A DNA stretch of 64,000 bases from the NCBI GenBank assembly GCA_052426225.1, contig JBNJNM010000008.1, forward strand, positions 1,240,001-1,304,000, read 5' to 3'. Position numbers and translations under genes: made by a program. Source of the stretch: Zancudomyces culisetae HAW-14-8 (lineage: Eukaryota > Fungi > Kickxellomycota). The notes beneath the pieces were generated by a model. The model ran no database searches. It was not told the origin of the DNA and saw nothing but the letters and a program-made list of their open reading frames with translations. Shown here one piece after another: positions 12,254-22,898 of the stretch (position 1 is its first letter; each line of letters opens with the position of its first letter).

Positions 12254-13012
12254 TGCGTTGTTGGATTTAATACGGAATACAAAGAGTTGAGGTCGAGAAG
12301 CCAAAAATATAAAATTTAATAACAATATAAATCAACTAAATTGTAAAGAAAACTCAAAAACTAAAAATGACTAATAATAAAGAAAGGTAAGCATATAACT
12401 AACATTAAACTAGAACAATGTTTAAGAAAAAGTTTAAAAAAAGTATTTTTATAGGTGTATCAATAGTTTAATACAGAGTAAAATGAAATATTGAAAATGT
12501 ATGATAAAAAGTAACCACAAGCTAAAGATGGAGTAGCTTTAAATATAACACAATTTGATTAAATATAGCCATTGGTGTTTTTTATTAAGTAGGATCATAT
12601 ATAAACAATGGAAGTTCATTAGAAGATTCCTTAGCTATTCTAGTAGTTTTAATAAGTAAAAAAAAACAAGATAAATAGTTAAAATTGTGGACAGAAGTTA
12701 AAGATGGTAATAATTAAGTATATTTGAAATACTGCTACAACTAGTTAATAAATATCAAGTATAAAGATAAAAAGAAAACTGTTAAAATCGCATTACCAAC
12801 ATGTCAGGATTCGTGAGTAAAATCTGAACCGCATTGGTACAGACAGCTAAAGATGAGGGTCGATAATCATCTAATAGTGATCGTTCGGGAGCGGCTTCAG
12901 TGGAGTTAGATCCCGAAGAATCACGTGGTCAGTTTGCTGATATCATGGATCATGTTTTTTTACAAATGAAGAACCCGACAGAGGATATGGTTACACCCAA
13001 TACCATCCGATA
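12254..13012 (+). mobile_element. Solo-LTR-like element copy A (ORF 12801-13012 with two stops)
   Basis: Ends tgcgttg...tccgata flanked by a GTAG duplication (12250-12253 and 13013-13016). Homologous to copies B, C and D. Confidence 0.8.
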
Positions 13013-14635
13013 GTAGTAAGCTTTATATAACACCTAGACAATTAAAAAGCTATATTGAATGTTTCGCAACCATGAACACAAATAAAAAAAGTTGAATAAT
13101 TCCATTATTTTACAGCACCTACTAGTAAAACAGAATAGAGGTTTCCATCTGATCTACCCAATTCCCCAGTCAACAGTTTACAACCATAAATATATTTACT
13201 GAAATTTATTTAGGTTTCAGGGATATTTATGTTGACATTTACGAGCTTACTAGATTCGCTATTGTGTTTAACTGAATCGAAAACCCCCAATCTAGATCCT
13301 AAATCGACAATAATTTTACTGTTTTAAAGTGTTCTATTTGATATCAAAATAGTTGAGTAACTGACCATTTTGAGCTCAATATTGATTTTAACTCTTGTAA
13401 AAAGAGTACGTCTTAAATACAAGGCTTTTGTATTCTACTTAAAGAGAAAAAGTTGATTACCATTAAGTTAAGCGGATAGTAAGTTATGCTAGCCATTGTG
13501 GGTAAATAAATCATAATACAACCAAGTAAACAGTTAAAATAGCTCTCTTGTTGACTCACAAAACAATGTACATGTGCTACGTAATATAGATGGTCTAGTT
13601 ACTTTTCCTGGCTGACACCATATTAATGTACGAGTAAGTATAAAGGATGATAAAAATGATCAATATTCTGAATGTGATAGTTTTTGACTTATGCACTGTT
13701 TACTAAAGTGTTATATATCAACACTATTGGTTCATCAAGAGAACTGCAAGTGTATTATTTTGTACACTTAACAGGTAAATTGAAATAGCTCCGTTTTTAT
13801 AAACCCTGTTTATTCTTAATACATCCCAATAAAAGGAATTTAATATGAAAAAGATTCTATTTTTCCAAGCGAATGTTGGTAGAAGAACCACTTTTTTTTC
13901 AAAAATTCTTGTTTTTGGATGTTTAGGCTTTGTTGTAACTTTAGAATAAATACATACCTATACCAAAAAAAATTGTAACAAACACAATAAACAATTTTCA
14001 CCCGAGATACCTACTCACCAAAAACAACAACTATCCAATTATTTAAACAGCTTGTAAGAAAGTCAAACTTCTTTTTTTCTATTGTCAGAATGTTGGGAAG
14101 AGAAGGAAAAAAAGAGAGAGAGAGGGTGATATACCTATTTGTATTAACTAGGTTGAATTTTTAGAATTATCCTTTGTTAATACTTTCTTTTTCTAGAATT
14201 GAAGATTGATTATTCTTCTATTTCTGAGCAAACGAGGTGTTAAGGTATATTCTGCGACAAGGAACAAATGAATTATAATATTTTTGATGGATCTTTGCAG
14301 AATGTATTGAAAGAACTGCCTTGATGGAGGAAAGAAGGGGGGTGGGGTGAAAAGTGACTTTATTAAATTTTGGCAAACTTTACTGAGTCTACAGGGTTAC
14401 AAATGTATTGTGTGAGTATACTGGAGCAAGAAGAACGTGTATCAAGTTGGTATTAACTTTTGGAATACTCATATACTTTTAGTTTTTTCAAAAGAATGGA
14501 GGAAGCAAATATAAATAGTCTTGGTTCAAACCCAAGTTATTCCCTCCTCATCAATCTTTTTTTAAACTATATTATTTAGGTAAAATAACCATAAAAAATA
14601 AAAGCCCAATTATTACTATAAAAAAGCAAAGAAGT

Positions 14636-15206
14636 ATGAAGGTAGCAAAAACAGCAGTTTTGGTCAGCATCGCATGTTGCATAAACAGTGATTTCGGTGT
14701 TGATGTTTCTTTTACCAGAATTGAAAGCAAAGCAAGGAGATGTGAAAAATATAACAATCTGGAATCTGGAATCTGTAGCCGAGCTTATTGATGGGCTTGA
14801 ACTGTTTAAGAAGTATCCTCGTACACTTTATTACAGTTCCACAATGTATGCTGATGACACTAATACTAGTGAGTTTGTATATGATCATTTGATTAAGGAA
14901 GTTTGTAACAACCCTTCGTATCCGGACGGGGTTTCTGTTAATGCCAGGGTGTTGCATAATCAAAGCACTAGTAAGGACCCATCATTTAAAAGGGATGGAT
15001 GCGAGTATCCCTACAGAAAATTAACTGGCTGGGGTGCTATGCAAGTGGGTGGAGATTTACCCAAGCTTATTGAGTACAAGGTCTGTAAAAAGCAATGTAC
15101 TTGTGAACGTACACTTTCTGTCATCCCATATGAAAAATACAGAAAATTCCCTGTAGAGGCGGGATGCAGTTTTGCATTGTTTGATCCCGTTTATTCTAGT
15201 GCTTGA
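14636..15206 (+). pseudogene. Cys-rich secreted protein gene, frameshifted (or assembly error)
   Basis: ATG at 14636 opens signal-like MKVAKTAVLVSIACCINS, which stops at 14789-14791. A long Cys-containing frame (14688-15206) overlaps it in another phase. TATA-like aatataaa near 14508. Confidence 0.6.
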
Positions 15207-16190
15207 TTGGAGTTATATTTTTTTCCAGTGTCATTCAATGCTGTCACATTTAGTTTTGATTAATTTTTACCTATATAAACAAATATAATAAAACTTTTAC
15301 CAACACCACCTACACTATCGATACAAGCTGAATATTTTTTAAAAAAAGCATCATAATTATTAAGATTTTACAATTCCATTTTGATGCCTGTATCACAATT
15401 ATAATCATTTTTGGAAGAAAATAAAATGCATAAAAATTAAAATAAGATATAATCACAAATAAAAAAATAAAATAAAGAGCTGAGCGGGTACAACACACAT
15501 ACATATATGGGGCTCAAAGACTCGTTTGAGAGCAGATAGTTTTTTCAGGAGATGTTTTAGTTCTCTTTTCTTGTATCTTTTAGTATTAGGAATAAATATA
15601 ATTTTTTTATTTTCATCATATTACAAAGTAGTCTTAATAAATAGTTATCACAATAAAATTTACTCATTACATCATTATAGTTAACTACTAGAACATAAAC
15701 AGAAAAGTTGAATTATATTATGACAAAGTAAACAATTTATTTTAGTTCTAGTGTTCGCTCCATCTTGTTATTGTAATAATGTAAAAATAAATTTAATTTA
15801 TGGAGTCAACCCAGGTTTGAAATATGAATACATGATGTGTGTTTTATATACAGGGTTTTCTTTAACATATCCCTACATTAAATTACATTATGCTGGTTAA
15901 AATACTCTCATACTTTAATAAGAGATCCATGTTACAGTGTTAAGGCAAATTAATAAAGAAAAGTATCCGAGTATTTATGAGTTTGGGAAAACGGAATACC
16001 TGAATAAAATAACTTATAAAAAGTATAAGCAAAGGGAATAAATTAGTGAGATGGGGTCAAAATGGCCATAATTTTGATATTCTAATGATAAACTCAATTG
16101 AAGTGAACAAACACGCTTTGTATTTTTTTGGCAATAAACGTTTTTTTTAAATTTGATATTCAAAGGCTGATATATATATTCAACGAACTG

Positions 16191-16970
16191 TGTCGGAGGG
16201 GATTGGGCGTAACAATATCCGCTGTCGGGTTCTTTGTTTGATAAAAAGCATGATACATGATATCAGCAAACTGACCACGTGATTCTTCGGGATCTAACTC
16301 CACTGAAGCCGCTCCCGAACGATCACTATTAGACGAGTATCGACCCTCATCTTTAGCGGTATGTACCAATGCGGTTCAGATTTTACTCACGAATCCTGAC
16401 ATGTTGGTAATGCGATTTTAACAGTTTTCTTTTTATCTTTATACTTGATATTTATTAACTAGTTGTAGCAGTATTTCAAATATACTTAATTATTACCATC
16501 TTTAACTTCTGTCCACAATTTTAACTATTTATCTTGTTTTTTTTTACTTATTAAAACTACTAGAATAGCTAAGGAATCTTCTAATGAACTTCCATTGTTT
16601 ATATATAATCCTAATTAATAAAAAACACCAATGGCCATATTTAATCAAATTGTGTTATATTTAGAGCTACTCCATCTTTAGCTTGTGACTTCATTTTAAC
16701 ATGCATTTTCAATATTTGTTTTTGCACTTATACTCAGCCTTTGGTGTACTAATTCAAAATATATTTTATATCTGTTTTTCGATTTTCTGATATTTTAGGG
16801 CTAAATTGGCTTAATAGTTTGGACATTTTTAGTTGAGTTTTCATTACTTTTTAGTTGATTGTTATAATCATATTTAGAATCAGTTCACTTTAGTTTCGCT
16901 TGTTCTTCAATTCAATTTCAAATTCATCCTTCTCTGGAGCAATTCTTTGTGTCCCGTACTAAATCCAAGT
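16191..16970 (-). mobile_element. Solo-LTR-like element copy B (inverted relative to A)
   Basis: 3' end tccgaca at 16191-16197; ATG at 16402; near-identical to A over the central ~440 bp. The 5' terminus is degraded near 16970-16993. Confidence 0.8.
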
Positions 16971-17370
16971 CTATAAGTAATATTATCAACGAAACCATGT
17001 ATTAAGATGTATTAATACTGAATAATAACTAAAAGTTTCTAATATTATTAAGTTATTTTCCAAGTATTATTATTAAAATAGATATTGATAACATTATTAA
17101 AGAACTCTGTTAATTACTATTCGACCTCCTAAAGCTACTAAAAGTAGATTTCAATTTTAAAAATGTTTTATTTTTGTAGTTTTTTATCAAGAAGATACTA
17201 AAAATAAGATAAACGGTACTCGATATTTTTGTATCCATCCTAAGTTACTCATAACTTATTCTTGCAACTCAGATTTGACGCTTACACTTCAACTATCACA
17301 GATATGTTTGAATATTTTATATTACTTTGATAGAATTTATGAGGTTAACTAAATTGATTTTAGTTGAGGT

Positions 17371-18183
17371 TGTCGGACGTGGCTGGACTGGCCACGCTCC
17401 TTAGTCGGGTTTCTCGTGGAATCCATCTCTCTTTGAACCACTCCTTCAAGAAAAGAGAATGGATCACGTGACGCTTCCGGTTCTATTTCCATAGAAGTAG
17501 CTTCGGAACGATCACTATCCGAGGAGTACCGCCCCTCATCCTTGAATCTCTGGATGATGGCAGCGCGCAGATGACCCATAAGACCTGACATGAGATTTTA
17601 GTAATTTTAAACTTTTATCTTTTACTATTTTAAACTTTTAGCCGTAGCACTATTATATGATTATATTATTTTTCAATAAACTTGTATTAAACAGAATCCA
17701 TTTTGTTCAATGTCTTTATTTCTTACTGTTATGAATATGTTTTAAACTACTAAAAGAGCTAAAGAGACTCCTAATGAGATCTCTTTGGCTTTTATATATG
17801 TTAATTGCCAATTTTAAAACTATTACTAATCTTATCCTATTAATATTTAATATATCCGCTATTTCTTCATATTATGCTTTGTGGTCGTCCTCATAGTTTG
17901 ACTCATTTTCCATAGTCGATCAAATACCATTTAATTTAATTTAATTAATATACTTATAATAATTTATTATTTTTATGTCCTTATTTCATTTTGTAATTAT
18001 GCTCTTGGATTATTGATCTGACTATTTCCTTCATTTAATGATCAGAAATAATCTTCATATTTTTGATTGTTAATGGTTAAATAAAATTCATTTCATTTTT
18101 AGATAATTGAATAATTTCCTTTGAATATTTATATATTCCCAAGAAATCGGATTAAGTTGGAATTCAACCCAGAACACACGACA
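17371..18183 (-). mobile_element. Solo-LTR-like element copy C (intact ORF from 17591)
   Basis: Element sense TGTCGTGTGT...TCCGACA, with an AGGT target-site duplication at 17367-17370 and 18184-18187. Confidence 0.88.
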
Positions 18184-18394
18184 AGGTTTTTATCACTAAA
18201 CAGCTTGTCTAAAATACCAATCGTAGCCGAAATGATTCTATTAAGAGCTTGTACATACTTATTATTTACAGATAGATTAGTTTCAAATTCATTATTTGGT
18301 TCCAGTATCATATTTATTTTTGAGATTTAACGCTAGTTGTTTAAAACTTTTAAATAAATCTAATTGATAATTGATACCTAAGTGGCTTCATAAT

Positions 18395-18823
18395 TTAAAA
18401 ATATGGACTAATCCAAGAGACAGAAAATGAATTTCTACTGGCTCCATATAGAGAATTAATGTTACCTATTTGGCTTACAGATCTTCTAAGCACAATAACG
18501 CATGCACCTGTACAATTAGTCGATGCGCAAAACATAACTGCACCTTTCTTTCCTCTAACATCACCCATTTTTGCTGATGATTTGTTATTTACTGGGTAGC
18601 ACTTGTTTGGTTCGGCATAGATGGTATTTAGTACACCGCCATAATTATACGCATAATATAAGTCAATCTTCATTTTTCTTTTATCACGTCGCATTTCGTT
18701 GAAATTAGATTCAGAGACACTGTTTTCATAATATCCTTGCACATTGTAGCTCTGTGGACTCTGTACACTTTGAGCAAAGGCTGAGCTAAGTACCAAGGTG
18801 CTGAGGATTACTGACTTGATCAT
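18395..18823 (-). CDS. Small secreted Cys4 beta/gamma-crystallin-like protein, paralog of 10237-10764
   Basis: Signal peptide MIKSVILSTLVLSSAFA; FNEMRRDKR pro-end; LYYAYNYG, KCY and CASTNCTGAC motifs; GTATATAA about 90 bp upstream. Confidence 0.88.
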   Translation of the reverse strand: MIKSVILSTLVLSSAFAQSVQSPQSYNVQGYYENSVSESNFNEMRRDKRKMKIDLYYAYNYGGVLNTIYAEPNKCYPVNNKSSAKMGDVRGKKGAVMFCASTNCTGACVIVLRRSVSQIGNINSLYGASRNSFSVSWISPYF

Positions 18824-20808
18824 TTTGGATTTCTTTCTAACTGTTTTAGCTTGAGTTTCTAAATTCTATGGGAATTCGATATGGTTTCTTTTAAACCTGA
18901 ATTTAGCATGCTTTATATACTTTTTTAAACAAAACGGCATATCCAAAAAATTATTATAACTTATGTTTAAGCAATAGTTTTAGTGCCATAACTCTATTAT
19001 TTTGACTATGACTTTAATGTTAGCCTACTATTATTGTTACAGTTATAGGAACATTACTAATTCAACTTTGCTGCTATCTTTTATTGAACCAGATTTATTA
19101 TACTAACAATCCAGATTTAAAACACTTTTCTATTATAATTTCTATTGTATTTTGATTAGATAAAATATGATAATAAAGGCATAATTAATATACATAAATT
19201 AATCATCACTCTAGACTATACTTTTGTATATCACTTGATGCTTTTCCAAAGCCATTTGTTGATAAACATTTATTATGCATCAAAATAAATGGCTTGGGTG
19301 TTTCAACTTTTGAGCCGAAACCATTTTATTATAAAAACGTTCTTGGTTTTACCAAATTAAATTTTGTATTTTTGAAGGATAATTCAGAGGAAGTACATCA
19401 ACAAATTTCCGGACTACCCGCTTGCAAAATTGTATATTTTTTGGAATCCTTATATTTGTTTTATGAACTTTAGTCTATATTTTCAAGTAATTGGTTAAAA
19501 GCATTTGGTACCCACAATGGTCTTTGAATATTCTAAATTACATGCAGGCTATTAATTTACAGGTTGTACTCACTTATATAACTTAATAAATATTTATCTA
19601 GACGTGCTAACATACTATAAAACTTCAGCAACTACTAAACAACTGGTAGATATATCTTCTAGTAGATCCTCATTATGTACCTCGACTCTGCCTGTGTGTA
19701 TAATTCTTACGCAATTATATTAATGCTATATTCATGAGCAATTATTTGTTATACAAAGCTTGAATGCTAAAAATATGATGATGGGTTATGAATACTTGAG
19801 AGTTTCTAGGGTCCGTGTTATTATTGAGACCAAGCCAGACCCATGATACATAATGGGTTTTATGTGCCGTTACAGCTACAGCTTCAGCTACAACTACAAC
19901 TATAAAAATAAAAAAGTACGAGTCTAGAAATGAGAATGAATTTTTTAGGGGGGGTAAAGCACATTCCATTTGAACTTGTGTTTAACTTTGTTATTCAATA
20001 GGTGATATATTATTAGTATAAGTTATGAGTAACCTGAAAAATTTCTAATTTGAAAAAGTTACTAAAATAATATAATGTAATATACTAATAATTAATTTTA
20101 CAGAAAAGCATATAGGTGTAGGGCAAAGTTGATATATGGATAGTCAGCCCAAAAAAAGGTGCAACAAAATCTTTAATTAACAGGATTTGAAGAATAATAT
20201 AAGATAGCAGAACAACTGAGAAGACATTTTGATAGATTTACTAATAAAAACACTATATATAAAGTATTAATTATGTTTTTTTCATCCATAAAATACTCTA
20301 CCAGTTAATGGAATCACCTTGAAAATGAAAATTGCAGACAAGTTAGAGAATAAAGTAAAATTTGAACTTGGCTTCTATTTAATACCATGTTATTAGTGTT
20401 TTATAGAAACCAATGCACAGAACATTACGATTTATGGGTGTTAATAGCATAAGCAATTGTCGAATTGAATTTAACACGTGAGGAAGTGGCTTCTTGTAAA
20501 TTGGTAATATAGAAAGAAATGCGTACATTATTGATAGTAATAATTGTAGATAAGTAAATATCCGTTGATTAAAAAATATAGCAGAAACTCTGGTATGCTA
20601 AAGTAACCAATGATACTCTTTTAGAGTATAACAGGGTGCTTCGGAGTTGTTTATTGTGAAATGTTAATAATTATACCAAGTTTGAATTTATAATAATAAT
20701 TCGAACTAGTGAGTTGTTTTTTATGATTCGTGTTCATTATTTAACACTATAAAATAAAGTAAAAATTTATAGCATATTTTATTATAGTTTTACTAAAATT
20801 ATCTGCAG

Positions 20809-21555
20809 TGTCGTGTGTGTCCCGATGTAGATAAGGATTATACAATTTTAAATAAATATTTTAAATTACCACATAATCAATCAACTATAGTATATTAAAG
20901 TTATTCATTGAATAACAATAGTATTTAGTCAATTTGAAAAATATATATAATCAAAAAATAATTTTAAAATGAAAAATAAAATGAAAAAGATTATAGTAAA
21001 TCAGTCATTGAGTATATAACAATAAGAAAATGAATAAGGATGTAAAAACGAATCCACAGGCAAAAAAATAGTAAAACAAGAATCCAACATAGGTTAATTA
21101 AGTATATGCTATTAACAGTTTTATTGAAATAGTTATATGTAAACAAAGGAAGACTCAATGAGGATTCCTTAGCTCTTTTAGTTGTTTTAAAGATACAAGT
21201 TAAAGAAAAGAAAATAAAGAAAACAGTTGAATAACAAAGTACTCGTTTAAACAAGGCTGTTTATTTATAAAGTTTAATAGTGCTACGGCTAACAAAGTAA
21301 AAGAACATATATTTAAAACATTACTAAAATCTCAATGTCAGGTCTGATGCAGCAACTCCGTTCAGCCATCATCCAACAGTTCAAGGATGAGGGACGCTAT
21401 TCTTCCGACAGTGACCGTTCAGAAGTATCCAATATGGATATAGAACCGGAACAGTCACAGGATCCCTTCCATGAGCTAGGGGAGATAGTTAAGCAGGAGT
21501 TTCTATCTGTCAGAAACCCGACCAAAGAACGTGAACTACCCGGTCACGTCCGACA
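20809..21555 (+). mobile_element. Solo-LTR-like element copy D (intact ORF from 21335)
   Basis: Starts TGTCGTGTGT like copy C and ends TCCGACA. Flanks (GCAG and AATG) do not form a TSD. Confidence 0.82.
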
Positions 21556-22898
21556 AATGTTACACTTGCATACTATTAATTTAAGAATAAAAGATTATGG
21601 AAAATGCAAATTTATTAATTTTGGAGGGAGGGGAGAGGGGGGGGGGGGGTAAAGCAAAGTACTTTTAAACAGATTTGTTTTCACCTTGTTTTCTGAATAG
21701 TGGTATTGTTTAATTACTTTATCTTTGAGTACAGGTAAAATTAAATTATTAAACCTTAGGAAAATTAAACGCGAAATTGACTCAAAACTCATGAGCAAGA
21801 TCTTTAAAATATACCAACATTATCTTGTTTATTAGATCGATCTAAATACCTATCTCACTTTTTCAGTTACGATCCATCCTTAATGAAACTAGTGGTAACT
21901 CTTTGTGGACATACTTTAGAATAATTAAAACATTATAAAGCTAAAGTTATACAAACACTCTTGGGATGGAATCAATTATGAATATTAGATTTTTAGAAAG
22001 GGTTCAGTTATGTTCATACCTGCAATCAGACTCAACCAAAGGTAAGAGATTATAACGAAATACCTACTCTTCAATAGTTAGATGATGTGGTTGTCCTATT
22101 GAATTTAAGTTTCACCAGAAAATATAATTTTAACGTACTATATTTATTTTAGCCAAAATGCATTTCATGAAAAAACATATATTTACACTTGATATACTAG
22201 TTACTGAGATCTGTGTATATTTCTAACAATAAAAAAACTGATTTGATAGAAAAATATCATGAAAATGTCTTTAATAGTTTAAATCTAGCTTATCTAATAC
22301 AAACATAAACCTCCTATATCGCTATGAAATATGCTTTTAATTTTGAAAAAAAGGAAAAAATAAAGAGAAAAAAACATCATAGAAACTCTAAATGTTTATT
22401 TAAACAGAATGTTAACTACCATCTTGATTCCTTAGAAACGGTTTTAAAACATCAGAAATGAAAGTGTTTAGGAAAACTTGAATGATTTTCCAATATGACT
22501 TGACAATTGTGTCAACTGACCTGAGGTAAAAGTCTTGCGAAATAATTTCTGTTTCTGTATATTTGTACAGATGATAACTAAGTTATTAGGTTTTACATCA
22601 CTGGGTACTAGGGTAGAACTATAACACTTGCCACACCTAGATTTGTATCTGGTATTATTCTCTTTTTGTTATAGCTGTGAAATATATTTTGTTTGTTCAA
22701 GATCGAAAATTTTTGTTGATCAATCCAAAAAATTAAATGCTAGTATTAGCTGCCAAAAAATATTTAAAAAAATTTTTTTTTTTTCCAAGGAATAAAAATT
22801 TTTTTAAGGAAAATTATTCAAACGGAAAGTATATTATAATAACAAGTAAATAGACAAAATTACACAAAGAAAAAAAAGAAATAATAGCATGTACTAAA

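Noticed and set aside
12254-16970. A and B as the long terminal inverted repeats of one Pack-MULE-like element carrying the 14636 gene
   Set aside because: Copy A has its own 4-bp TSD on both sides, so it inserted independently. The same holds for C in the C/D pair.
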